From positions 94,609-158,608 of the forward strand of contig CAVPDG010000004.1 of NCBI GenBank assembly GCA_963702535.1: 64,000 bases of DNA. Direction: 5' to 3'. The stretch's first letter is position 1. The number at the start of each line of letters is the position of its first letter. The stretch is from an uncultured Chloroflexia bacterium. Its GTDB lineage: Bacteria; Chloroflexota; Anaerolineae; Anaerolineales; UBA4823. This document shows positions 33,178-41,919 of the stretch, one piece after another. Below the pieces are notes generated by a model that searched no databases, was not told the origin of the DNA, and worked only from the letters and a program-made list of their open reading frames with translations. Position numbers and translations under genes: made by a program.

Positions 33178-33885
33178 TCAATTGCCGTTCTCGATCTTCT
33201 CCACCAGCTCCCTCAGCGCTCCCAGGTGCTCGATCTCGAAGAACCGCTCGTTTTCTACCGGCGCCGGTCTCCTCTCGTGCGCCCAGGTCAGCTCGTGCGG
33301 CACGTAGGCTGCCCAGCCGCCCATTTCCAGCACCGGCAGGATGTCGGAGCGCATCGAGTTGCCCACCATCAGGAAGCCTTCGGGACGCAGCCCGTGCTTG
33401 CGCAGCAAGCCCGCGTAGGTCTCCGGGTTTTTGTCGCTGACGATTTCCACGTACCGGAAGTACTCCGCCAGCCCCGAAGCTGCAATCTTGCGCTCCTGGT
33501 CCATCAGGTCGCCCTTGGTGATCAGCATCAGCGTGTGGGTTTCTGCCAGACCTGCCACTGCCGCGTGGCTGTGGTCCAGCAGGCGCAGCTCATGCTCTGC
33601 CATCGCCTTGCCCAACGCCAGGATGCTTAAAATATCCTTCGTGCTCACCTTCCCAGCCGTCGCTTCGATCGCCGCCTCGATCATCGAAAGCGTGAAGCCC
33701 TTGATCCCGTACCCGTACGGGCTCAGGTTGTCGATCTCGATCCGGTGCAGCGTATCCAGCAGCGCCTGGCTCTCCACCCCGTAGGGGGCGATCAGCTCGG
33801 AAAGCGCCGCTTCGTTTTCTTTGTAGAAGATTTCAGAGTGCCATAGCGTGTCGTCGGCGTCGAAAGCGATCGTATCAAAATGCAT
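33178..33885 (-). CDS. HAD-superfamily hydrolase
   Basis: MHFDTIAFDADDTLW (DxDxT motif I), ITKGD (motif II/III context), MVGNSMRSDI (motif IV). Confidence 0.8.
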   Translation of the reverse strand: MHFDTIAFDADDTLWHSEIFYKENEAALSELIAPYGVESQALLDTLHRIEIDNLSPYGYGIKGFTLSMIEAAIEATAGKVSTKDILSILALGKAMAEHELRLLDHSHAAVAGLAETHTLMLITKGDLMDQERKIAASGLAEYFRYVEIVSDKNPETYAGLLRKHGLRPEGFLMVGNSMRSDILPVLEMGGWAAYVPHELTWAHERRPAPVENERFFEIEHLGALRELVEKIENGN

Positions 33886-33922
33886 CGAGGTCTCCCGGCT
33901 GAAGGATGATCATCGATTTTAT

Positions 33923-34145
33923 CGCTTTTTCCCCCTTTGTATTGCTTCTTACACCCGCGGTTTTTGCCTACAAAGCCCAGGCTTCGCTCGGCTCGTTGAA
34001 TTGCACCGTGGTTCCACTTCGGGCGTGCAGCGCCTCCAGCAGCTCCTTCAGGTAGGTTCTTGGCAGATCCGGTGAGAGATACACGGCTCCTTTGAATAGC
34101 TCCTTGTCATCTCTCAATACCCTCGTCCGGCGCGCCTCGCGCACG
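33923..34145. repeat. Left copy of a roughly 223-bp direct repeat (partner at 41920-42141)
   Basis: The hand alignment is gap-free with about 21 mismatches, roughly 90% identity. Both copies are in the same orientation. Confidence 0.85.
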
Positions 34146-34180
34146 CGCATTTTGGAAGCCATCCAATACGAGTGAGGCAA
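33968..34180 (-). pseudogene. Orphan 3' fragment of a B12-binding radical-SAM gene
   Basis: ...REARRTRVLRDDKELFKGAVYLSPDLPRTYLKELLEALHARSGTTVQFNEPSEAWAL aligns with the last roughly 58 residues of the intact gene 41965..43299. Nothing upstream of it is homologous. Confidence 0.8.
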
Positions 34181-34262
34181 CCCACTCAGATGAGCACTGA
34201 CGCCTGTCTTGAGATGGCTGATTTCTGTTCCCGCAGCCCGTGACGTTGGGGAAGAATCGAAA

Positions 34263-34282
34263 GGAGCCGGACCTCCGGCTCC
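34263..34282 (-). terminator. Rho-independent terminator of the fasciclin gene
   Basis: GGAGCCGG-(4-nt loop)-CCGGCTCC. On the minus strand it is followed by TTTCGATTCTTCC. Confidence 0.5.
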
Positions 34283-34326
34283 CTTCTCTAACTTACTGAT
34301 AAGATACTACCAATAAGCGATGGTTA

Positions 34327-35742
34327 TTAAGGCAACAGTACCGTATCGATCACGTGGATCACGCCGTTGGATGTTTCGATATCGGTAATGATCACCTGCA
34401 CGGTATCATTCAGATACACCTTGCCGTCTTTGACGGTGATCTTGATCTTCTCGCCTTCCAGGGCGGTGTCAACCATCTGTCCATCTAGCTGGACGACATC
34501 TGCAGCCATCACCTTACCAGGCACTACATGGTAGAGCAGGATATTCGTGAGGGTCTCCAGATTTTCCGGCTTGAGCAGGTCTTCCACGGTTCCAGCGGGC
34601 AGCTTGGCGAAAGCCTCGTCGGTGGGGGCAAAGAGGGTGAAAGGTCCTTCCCCTTTGAGGGTCTCAACCAGCCCGGCTGCCTGTACCGCAGCGACCAGGG
34701 TGGTGAAGCGACCGTCTGCTACAGCGGTATCAACGATATCCGAGAGCTTTTCCTCGGGGAGGAGCACTGCGTCAATCACGTGGATCACGCCGTTGGCGGT
34801 CTCGATGTCGGTGATGATCACTTCAACGTTCTCGTTCAGGTAGACTTTGCCATCCTTGACCGATATGTTGAGCGGGTTGTCCGCCAGAGCGGTGTCCGCC
34901 GTCTTTCCATCCAGGGTGACCACATCGGCTGCCATGACCTTACCGGGCACCACATGATATAGCAGGATGTTCTTCAGGGTCTCGATGTTCTCAGGCTTGA
35001 GCAGGTCTTCTACGGTTCCGGCGGGCAGCTTGGCGAAAGCATCGTCGGTGGGGGCGAAGACGGTGAAGGGACCTTCACTTTTGAGGGTGTCGACCAGCCC
35101 GGCTGCCTGCACGGCAGCCACCAGGGTGGTGAAGCGACCATCCGCTACAGCGGTATCAACGATATCCGAGAGCTTGGCGGGAGGCAGGAGCACTGCGTCA
35201 ATCACGTGGATCACGCCGTTGGCGGTCTCGATGTCGGTGATGATCACCTCAACGTTCTCATTCAGGTACACTTTGCCATCCTTGACAGATATATTGAGCG
35301 GATTGTCTGCCAGTGCGGTGTCCACCATCTTTCCATCCAGGGTGACCACATCGGCTGCCATGACTTTTCCAGCGACCACATGGTAGAGCAAGATGTTCTT
35401 CAGGGTCTCCAGGTTCTCGGGCTTGAGCAGGTCCTCTACGGTTCCGGCGGGCAGCTTGGCAAAAGCATCGTCGGTGGGGGCGAAGACGGTGAAGGGGCCT
35501 GCACTTTTGAGGGTGTCGACCAACCCGGCAGCCTGTACGGCAGCTACCAGGGTGGAGAAGCGACCATCAGCTACAGCCGTGTCGACGATATCCATAGGCG
35601 CTGGCATCTCGGTGGGAGGAACAGCGGTCGCCGTAGGAGCTGGCGGTTGGGTGGGCGCAGGTGTTGCTGCGGGGGCGCAAGCAGCCAAAACAAACGAGGC
35701 TACGAGCAGTACGAACAGGGTAACGATTGAAAAGCGTTTCAT
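34327..35742 (-). CDS. Lipoprotein with three tandem fasciclin (FAS1) domains
   Basis: The likely start [24 protein letters not shown] at 35742 is preceded by GGAGA, and the track ORF starts earlier in AT-rich DNA. There are three copies of [57 protein letters not shown]...[13 protein letters not shown]. Confidence 0.88.
   Translation of the reverse strand: MKRFSIVTLFVLLVASFVLAACAPAATPAPTQPPAPTATAVPPTEMPAPMDIVDTAVADGRFSTLVAAVQAAGLVDTLKSAGPFTVFAPTDDAFAKLPAGTVEDLLKPENLETLKNILLYHVVAGKVMAADVVTLDGKMVDTALADNPLNISVKDGKVYLNENVEVIITDIETANGVIHVIDAVLLPPAKLSDIVDTAVADGRFTTLVAAVQAAGLVDTLKSEGPFTVFAPTDDAFAKLPAGTVEDLLKPENIETLKNILLYHVVPGKVMAADVVTLDGKTADTALADNPLNISVKDGKVYLNENVEVIITDIETANGVIHVIDAVLLPEEKLSDIVDTAVADGRFTTLVAAVQAAGLVETLKGEGPFTLFAPTDEAFAKLPAGTVEDLLKPENLETLTNILLYHVVPGKVMAADVVQLDGQMVDTALEGEKIKITVKDGKVYLNDTVQVIITDIETSNGVIHVIDTVLLP
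34330..35600. repeat. Three tandem FAS1-coding repeats of about 420-426 bp
   Basis: Equivalent antisense ORFs start at 34547, 34967 and 35393. Long identical nucleotide runs are shared between the units. Confidence 0.8.
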
Positions 35743-35806
35743 TCTTATCTCCATTGTCCTTGATTTGTATTTATGTTGTATATGTATTGTACATATATCT
35801 AGACAT

Positions 35807-35834
35807 ATTATATACAATACCTATACAATGTCAA
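35807..35834 (-). promoter_or_regulatory. Candidate promoter of the fasciclin gene
   Basis: Minus strand: TTGACA (35829-35834), a 16-nt spacer, then TATAAT (35807-35812). The surrounding spacer is very AT-rich. Confidence 0.4.
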
Positions 35835-36007
35835 GCGTGTATTCGCTTTCTCATCAAACACTTATCCGGGGTCTATTATCCGGAAATCATCCAGCTAGTT
35901 CAGGAGGAATATCCATCCCTGGTACCCCATGCTTGCGGTAAAATCTTGATATAAGCGGATCGATATTTCGAGCACCAAGAATTTATCAAGGCATAAAGGC
36001 ACCCGAA

Positions 36008-37669
36008 TTGCATCCCCATACGTTTTCTATCCTTTTTGTGAACAATTTACGGAATCCTGGAGCAGCGGACCTGATTACCTACCTGGGACAAACCTCTGCT
36101 TGCGTGACTCAGCTACCCCATCTGCCGGACAACCTGGCATCATACCAGGTGATCGTCGTCGATCCATTTCATGTCAAAGCAAATGAGCTTCACAGGCTTC
36201 AGCAGTTTGTAGGCGCGGGTGGAGCCTGCCTGGGGATTACAACCACGATCCCGAAAGATGGCAGTGCAGCAGATCTCTTTGGGGCTCTTCCAAAAGAGGC
36301 TTTCCCAGAATGTGAAGTTCGCGTCTTGTTCACCAATCTGAGAAATCCGCTAGGAGTGCGACTGCCGGACGCTTTCTATGTAAGCGGCCCTTTTCTACCC
36401 CTGACCGTGCAGGATGACGATGTGGAAGTGGTCCTGTACGCAGATTGGCGCTATACCCACCAGGCTATGCTGACCTGTCGCTCCTTCGGTATGGGCACGG
36501 CAGCCCTGACCACCATCCAGGATCTGAGCCAACCCACATTCAGACGGATCATCTACCGGCTGCTGCGCCGCCTGGCCAGCATTGAAGAGTCCAACCAGCC
36601 CTTGCAGGTTGGACTGCTGGGGTACCCGCCTTCGGTTGGTGAATTGCACGCACAAGCCACGGCGTCAGGCACGCCAGGGCTCAAGCTGCGCACGATATGC
36701 GATCTCAGCCAGGGGCGTCTGGGGGCTGCCAAAGATGTATTCGGTTCTGGCGCACTACATTACACACATGACTTAAACGATCTGCAGAACGACCCAGACC
36801 TCGACCTGGTTATTGTTTCTACACCGCCCAACAGCCATGCAAGGCTGGCGTTACAAATGTTGGAAAGCGGCAAACACGTTATCGTTGAGAAACCACTGGC
36901 ACTGAAATCGTCGGAAGTGGACGCCCTTTGTGACCTGGCAGAGCGCAATCAACTGCTAATAGGCTGCCACCAGAACCGGCGCTGGGACGACGACTATCGC
37001 GCCATCAAGCTCGCACTGAACCAGGGTCTGATCGGCGAGTTGTTTTACATGGAAACTTTTATCGGAGGCTACGGGCATCCATGCGGGTTCTGGCATTCAG
37101 AGGAGAGCGTCTCCGGTGGCACATCTTTCGACTGGGGCGCCCATTACCTGGATTTGATGCTCGACCTGATGCCTGGCACAATATCTGAGGTATGCTGCAC
37201 ACGCCAGAAACGCGTGTGGCACGATATCACCAACGCCGACCAGGAGCGCATCCAACTGCGCTACGCTAAAGGATTCGAAGCTGAGTTTACCCATTCAGAC
37301 CTGGCCTTCATCCCGAAACCGAAATGGTATTTGCTGGGGACCCAGGGCACGATTGTTGGCAAATGGCGGGATATGACTATCTACGAAGTAGACCCACTGC
37401 ACTATTATCAAACGAGTGAGATACCACCGGCTGAGCTCGGCGCAGACTTAAGCGTGCGGCGCCTGCAGGGTGGGGAGCAGATTATCGAGCAGAGCCTGCC
37501 GAAGCCACCGAAATTAAACTTCCCTTTTCATTACAATCTGGCGGATCACCTTCTGCTGGGTGAGCCGCTGGCTGTACCGATCCAGCACACTGCCCGGGTG
37601 ATCGCAGTGCTGGAGACTGCCAATCGCTCGGCCGAGCAGGGCGGCTGCATAGAAAAAGTTGAGATATAG
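36008..37669 (+). CDS. Gfo/Idh/MocA-family oxidoreductase with an extra N-terminal domain of about 200 aa
   Basis: 553 aa. The Rossmann start is LQVGLLGYPPSVGELHAQA...DLVIVSTPPNSHARLALQMLESGKHVIVEKPLA. The N-terminal extension (ILFVNNLRNPG...VIVVDPF...) may be ThuA/amidotransferase-like, which is unverified. The TTG start is uncertain. Confidence 0.72.
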   Translation: MHPHTFSILFVNNLRNPGAADLITYLGQTSACVTQLPHLPDNLASYQVIVVDPFHVKANELHRLQQFVGAGGACLGITTTIPKDGSAADLFGALPKEAFPECEVRVLFTNLRNPLGVRLPDAFYVSGPFLPLTVQDDDVEVVLYADWRYTHQAMLTCRSFGMGTAALTTIQDLSQPTFRRIIYRLLRRLASIEESNQPLQVGLLGYPPSVGELHAQATASGTPGLKLRTICDLSQGRLGAAKDVFGSGALHYTHDLNDLQNDPDLDLVIVSTPPNSHARLALQMLESGKHVIVEKPLALKSSEVDALCDLAERNQLLIGCHQNRRWDDDYRAIKLALNQGLIGELFYMETFIGGYGHPCGFWHSEESVSGGTSFDWGAHYLDLMLDLMPGTISEVCCTRQKRVWHDITNADQERIQLRYAKGFEAEFTHSDLAFIPKPKWYLLGTQGTIVGKWRDMTIYEVDPLHYYQTSEIPPAELGADLSVRRLQGGEQIIEQSLPKPPKLNFPFHYNLADHLLLGEPLAVPIQHTARVIAVLETANRSAEQGGCIEKVEI

Positions 37670-37677
37670 GATCCGTT

Positions 37678-38691
37678 ATGGTTCGCTGGGGTGTATTAGG
37701 GACGGCTCAAATCGCAAAAATATGCGTGATCCCGGCTATCTTGAAGTCCGAGAACGGGGTGCTGCAGGCCATCGCCAGCCGCACCCTGGTGAAGGCTCAA
37801 GCACTGGTTGAGAAACACCGTCAAGGGGTTGCTTACGAGGGTTACGCTGCATTGCTGGAAGACCCTGAGATAGACGCAGTTTATATCCCGCTGCCCAATC
37901 AACTGCACAAAGAGTGGACGATCAAAGCCCTGGGAGCTGGAAAGCATGTCCTGGTGGAGAAGCCGTTTGCGATGAACGCCAGAGAAGCTGAAGCGATGGC
38001 GGAAGCCGCACAGCGCTATGGCCGCCTGTTAATGGAAGCCTTTATGTACCGCTTCCACCCCCGCAGCCAGCGTATCAAACAACTTGTGGATGAAGGTGCT
38101 CTAGGCCGGATCTCGCTGATCCGCAGTGCTTTCACATTCCCCGTGAAGCGCGATGGCAGCAATGAGCGTCTGTTCTTGCCAGAGATGGGCGGCGGCTCAT
38201 TATGGGATGTGGGCTGCTATGGGGTCAGCGTTGCCCGTTGGCTGCTGGGCGAGGAACCCACTACAGTCTCCGCACAGGCGGATTATAGCGAAAGCGGGGT
38301 GGATATCAATTTTGTTGGCACGCTGCGCTTCGTAAGCGGCGCGCTGGCAGTGGTTGAAAGCAGCTTTACCACCGCATTGCAGCAAACTTTTTCGGTCACG
38401 GGTGAAAGCGGCGCAATTGAGTTGCCCCACGATGCGTTTATCCCCTGGGAGAAAGACGCCACTTTCACCCTGCGAGGCGCCAACGATGAGCATGGGCAGA
38501 TCGTGACAGTTCCCGGCGCCGATGAATACCAGTTAATGATCGAGCACTTCGCAAATGCCGTGCAGGGTCATGTGCAACTGGCTATCTCCCCGGGGGGGAG
38601 TGTAAACCAGATGCGCATTCTGGATGCGCTGGCGCGGGCGGCGCGTTCTGGTGAAGTGGTGAAGTTAGGGGGTAGGGACTGGCCCAGTTAA
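37678..38691 (+). CDS. Gfo/Idh/MocA-family oxidoreductase
   Basis: 337 aa. MVRWGVLGTAQIAKICVIPAI, DAVYIPLPNQLHKEWTIKALGAGKHVLVEKPFA. Confidence 0.85.
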   Translation: MVRWGVLGTAQIAKICVIPAILKSENGVLQAIASRTLVKAQALVEKHRQGVAYEGYAALLEDPEIDAVYIPLPNQLHKEWTIKALGAGKHVLVEKPFAMNAREAEAMAEAAQRYGRLLMEAFMYRFHPRSQRIKQLVDEGALGRISLIRSAFTFPVKRDGSNERLFLPEMGGGSLWDVGCYGVSVARWLLGEEPTTVSAQADYSESGVDINFVGTLRFVSGALAVVESSFTTALQQTFSVTGESGAIELPHDAFIPWEKDATFTLRGANDEHGQIVTVPGADEYQLMIEHFANAVQGHVQLAISPGGSVNQMRILDALARAARSGEVVKLGGRDWPS

Positions 38692-38722
38692 AGATAGCTA
38701 TCGCTATACTGAACTTTGTGTA

Positions 38723-39202
38723 CTATGAGCTCGCCGTCTTATTCATAGTGGAATGTTCTTGGATAGCGTTGAAGAGAGCATCACCCTTCTCTTGAGAGTA
38801 AGCCCCTTCTGTCCGCCACAAGACGTTCCCTTGCCTATCCAGCACCAGCACCCAGATGGTGTCTTCATGGGGGATATCCAAAGCCTGCCGGAATGCTTTT
38901 TTATCAATGTAAAGGGTGACTGTCTTCTGGCGGGTGGTTTGGTCGGGAATACCTGCTCGCATCCCTTCGTTAAGGAAGGTCTGCGAAAAGAAGTTCATCT
39001 TGTAAATGACCGGGAGCTCGTAGAACTGCACTCCTGGAAAGGATTGCTCGAGCTGGCGAGCGGTGGGGACCCAGGAATCGACCAACGCTTGCTGCCATTG
39101 TTGAAAAGCAATAACAAGAATCTTTAACTCTCCTTGCAGATCATCCGGCAAGGTGACTTTCTGGCGCAGAAGATTAGAACCTGTGACTTGAGGAAATCTC
39201 AT
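38723..39202 (-). CDS. Hypothetical protein
   Basis: Intact ORF with protein-like composition. The likely start MRFPQV at 39202 has GGAG 8 nt upstream. No family recognised, though a thioredoxin-like fold without CxxC is possible. Confidence 0.5.
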   Translation of the reverse strand: MRFPQVTGSNLLRQKVTLPDDLQGELKILVIAFQQWQQALVDSWVPTARQLEQSFPGVQFYELPVIYKMNFFSQTFLNEGMRAGIPDQTTRQKTVTLYIDKKAFRQALDIPHEDTIWVLVLDRQGNVLWRTEGAYSQEKGDALFNAIQEHSTMNKTASS

Positions 39203-39295
39203 GTAATACTCCAACCAGTCTAATAACCACCAACTTATATTTTGTGGTACGCATCAATTTTAAAGGCAACAAACAAGGGTCAGCCTCTGCTTAAC

Positions 39296-39796
39296 TCAAA
39301 CGCCCCTACGGACAACATCTGGGTCAGCTACCACCCTGCCGCCGCGCACCGTTGCACCGATCACCAATCCTGCGCTAATTAATACCATATTTTTAAAGAT
39401 GTACTGCCCTTCCAGGGTCGGCGCATAGGGAAAGGCGGTAAACACTTCCTGTGGAAAGAGAAATATTGGCGAGATGGTTCCAAGCATCTGAAGGAACAAC
39501 AGCAGCAGCGTGGCGCGCATGAAAATACCAAATATAAGGCCCAGGCCAATCAGGCTTTCCCAGACCGCTAAGATAAGGATAGAAACTTCCGGTGCAATCA
39601 AGCCAAAGGTCAAGCGCTCGATCGTACGGGTTGCCAGGTCAGCAGCCGGGCTGAGACCAGGGAAGAACTTAAGGGCGCCAAACCAGAGAAAGACAAGCCC
39701 CATACTGATGCGGAGCAGTAGAATGCCGTAACGCGCCATCCATTGGGTAATCCGGGCATCCAAATAATCAAAAAGCGGGGTGATGTTTTGGGTCAT
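39296..39796 (-). CDS. DoxX/YkgB-like small membrane protein
   Basis: 166 aa with 4 hydrophobic helices. GILLLRISMGLVFLWFGALKFFPGLSPA resembles the DoxX-like/DUF417 families. Confidence 0.6.
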   Translation of the reverse strand: MTQNITPLFDYLDARITQWMARYGILLLRISMGLVFLWFGALKFFPGLSPAADLATRTIERLTFGLIAPEVSILILAVWESLIGLGLIFGIFMRATLLLLFLQMLGTISPIFLFPQEVFTAFPYAPTLEGQYIFKNMVLISAGLVIGATVRGGRVVADPDVVRRGV

Positions 39797-39847
39797 ATGA
39801 ATAACCAGTTCAAAATGTAGAAGAGGATATATTTATTTAACTAGAAC

Positions 39848-39934
39848 AGTATAATCCATAACTGTCGTTTTGTCAATATATTGTATATATATAATAGACA
39901 TTATATTGACAAATCAAAATAAATGCGATAAGAT
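39848..39934. promoter_or_regulatory. Back-to-back divergent promoters built on a 15-bp inverted repeat
   Basis: TTGTCAATATATTGT (39870-39884), 13 nt, then ACATTATATTGACAA (39898-39912), with 14/15 positions complementary. Each arm holds a TTGACA -35 box. The plus promoter is TTGACA 39906-39911, 17 nt, TAAGAT 39929-39934. The minus promoter is TTGACA (complement of 39871-39876), 17 nt, TATACT (complement of 39848-39853). Confidence 0.5.
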
Positions 39935-39967
39935 AAATCTCAGCAAAATCCTGATGGCTACTAGGAT

Positions 39968-40603
39968 GTGACTATGAAAACCGCACTCATTTGGGGCGCG
40001 GGTGGAGGAATAGGCCGGGCAATCGCCCGCCGATTAGCCAGAGAAAACTGGAAAATCCTGGCGGCTGGACGGAATTTAAATTCCTTCACCGATCTCACCG
40101 ATTTCGTCTACGATGTCGAATTGAGCGACGCTTTTTCGGTACAGTCGGCTATCACTTCTATCAGCCAAGAGGTGAACGAGGCGGACCTTTGGGTATATGC
40201 CGCCGGCGACATTGCTTCGCTGCGAGTCAACGAGATGAGCCCACTCGACTGGCAGCGTATTATCCAGGCTAACCTGACCGGAGCGTTCCTGACCACCCAT
40301 TATTCCTGGCCGCTGCTCTCAAAGGAAGCTCACCTTTTTTACCTGGGAGCGGTCAGCGAACGCATGCGCCTGCCAGGGTTATCGGCCTACGCCGCGGCTA
40401 AAGCTGGCCTGGAAGCTTTCGCCGACGTGGTGCGTAAGGAAAGTCGGCGCAAGGTTACCGTTGTGCGTCCCGGGGCAGTAGATACCAGCTTTTGGAGTGA
40501 AGTCCCTTTCAAACTACCTGCCCACCACCTGAAACCGGAACAAGTTGCCGCCCGGATCATCCAGGCTTATACCGAGGGACACCAGGGACAACTGGACATA
40601 TAA
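39968..40603 (+). CDS. Short-chain dehydrogenase/reductase (SDR)
   Basis: ALIWGAGGGIGRAIARRLA (TGxxxGxG-type), catalytic YAAAKAGLEAF (YxxxK). An ATG at 39974 is an alternative start. Confidence 0.85.
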   Translation: MTMKTALIWGAGGGIGRAIARRLARENWKILAAGRNLNSFTDLTDFVYDVELSDAFSVQSAITSISQEVNEADLWVYAAGDIASLRVNEMSPLDWQRIIQANLTGAFLTTHYSWPLLSKEAHLFYLGAVSERMRLPGLSAYAAAKAGLEAFADVVRKESRRKVTVVRPGAVDTSFWSEVPFKLPAHHLKPEQVAARIIQAYTEGHQGQLDI

Positions 40604-40702
40604 AGGGTGATATGCACATCTTTTTGCGTGAGTATAGTAGAAGTTAACACTGCCCTTCAGGATTTTAGACGACGCAATGAATAACGATAAGGAACAATTC
40701 AA

Positions 40703-41287
40703 ATGATCTATTCCCGCACATTCGATATACTAGGAATCTCGGGTAGTCTACGCCAAGCGTCTTACAACACTGCTCTATTGAGGGCGGCTGAAGGTCTTAT
40801 GCGTACCGATATGTCCATGGAAATTTTTGACCTTTCGCCCTTGCCAATGTTCTCCCAAGAACTCGAGAATCCATTTCCGGAATCAGTGGTCCATTTTCGC
40901 ACCCTGCTGGCACAAGCAGATGCTGTATTGATCGCCGCACCTGAGTATAACGCTTCAATCAGCGGCGTCCTAAAAAACGCTATCGATTGGGCATCTCGTC
41001 CGCCGCAGAATCCATTGAACGGCAAGCCTGTAGCCATTATGGGAGCCAGCAAAGGCAATTTTGGTACGCTGAGAGCCCAATTGCATCTGCGCCAGATATT
41101 GACACACGTTGGCGCTTTGCCGCTTGGTAAGCCTGAAGTATTGGTTGCGCGTGCCGAGCAGGTATTCAACGCCGAAGGGAAACTGGTAGATCCAGCGACG
41201 GGCGGCTATCTTCAAGATTTACTTACCGCCCTGGCTAGTTGGATTCAGCTTGTAGAGGGCGCAACTGGCTCTCTCGTCAGGAGATAG
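40703..41287 (+). CDS. NAD(P)H-dependent FMN reductase
   Basis: 194 aa. ILGISGSLRQASYNTALLRAA, IAAPEYNASISGVLKNAIDWASR. Confidence 0.85.
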   Translation: MIYSRTFDILGISGSLRQASYNTALLRAAEGLMRTDMSMEIFDLSPLPMFSQELENPFPESVVHFRTLLAQADAVLIAAPEYNASISGVLKNAIDWASRPPQNPLNGKPVAIMGASKGNFGTLRAQLHLRQILTHVGALPLGKPEVLVARAEQVFNAEGKLVDPATGGYLQDLLTALASWIQLVEGATGSLVRR

Positions 41288-41407
41288 CCTTAACCCGGGC
41301 TAGTAAATCTGCTCTTCCTGGAGCACCAGCTCTTTGTCTGGCAACCCCTGGCTGAGAAATTACAACGCAACTATCTATATAAATACTAGACAATATATTG
41401 ACAATTA

Positions 41408-41436
41408 CTGATTTTATTGTTATATTGAATTTAATT
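41408..41436 (+). promoter_or_regulatory. Candidate promoter upstream of two small ORFs
   Basis: TTGACA (41408-41413), a 17-nt spacer, then TATATT (41431-41436). It is embedded in TAGACAATATATTGACAATT, which is 18/20 identical to the site at 39895-39914. Confidence 0.45.
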
Positions 41437-41468
41437 ATGTTATCAATTCGGAGAAGTGGTGGAGAAAT

Positions 41469-41648
41469 ATGAACAACTACATGCGAATCAGCAAAATTAC
41501 GATATTAATTGCAGCCGGTATGTCCTTCTTGCTATCTGTTTATCTGTGGTTCACCGGTGACAAAGAAACCGGCCTGTTTGTAGGCATCTGGGTGCCATCG
41601 ATCCTGTCCTTTGGCGCCTTAATGCATTCTGGAAGAAGTGCAAAATGA
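41469..41648 (+). CDS. Unlisted small membrane protein (59 aa, two predicted TM helices)
   Basis: GGTGGAG lies 5 nt before the ATG. Translation: MNNYMRISKITILIAAGMSFLLSVYLWFTGDKETGLFVGIWVPSILSFGALMHSGRSAK. It falls below the 60-aa cutoff of the ORF track. Confidence 0.45.
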   Translation: MNNYMRISKITILIAAGMSFLLSVYLWFTGDKETGLFVGIWVPSILSFGALMHSGRSAK

Positions 41649-41752
41649 ACGAAACGCTTCTTTTTATTTTTGGCTTTATCGCAACGATCGTGGCAATCGG
41701 CCCATTGGTGATTGCAGGCATCAGCGAACAACGATCAAAAAAAGATAGATGA
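41645..41752 (+). CDS. Unlisted small single-TM protein (35 aa), start overlaps the upstream stop (ATGA)
   Basis: Translation: MNETLLFIFGFIATIVAIGPLVIAGISEQRSKKDR, a hydrophobic helix with a basic tail. The ATGA overlap with the preceding ORF suggests translational coupling. Confidence 0.35.
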   Translation: MNETLLFIFGFIATIVAIGPLVIAGISEQRSKKDR

Positions 41753-41919
41753 AACCACTTTGCAGACACACATGACCAACCTCACGAAGTAAATGTTGTA
41801 GACAAGTTAGATATTGATTTAGATAAGCGCCAGGAGATGATTGAACCCCTCATTGCATAATTGGCCGACAATTTGGTCATATTCAGCTTGATCAAACAAG
41901 CCCATTGGAACGTTCTTAA

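Noticed and set aside
41540-41769. Minus-strand track ORFs 41540..41731 and 41551..41769
   Set aside because: They have odd composition (Cys/His/Arg/Lys-rich) and no ribosome-binding site. They lie antisense to two plus-strand mini-ORFs that do have a promoter, a Shine-Dalgarno site, TM-helix-like sequence and start/stop coupling.
34146-41919. Calling the lower-GC block a defined mobile element (prophage, ICE or transposon)
   Set aside because: No integrase, transposase, phage, conjugation or tRNA gene is present, and the flanking repeats are only about 90% identical. It is reported as a finding rather than annotated as a mobile element.
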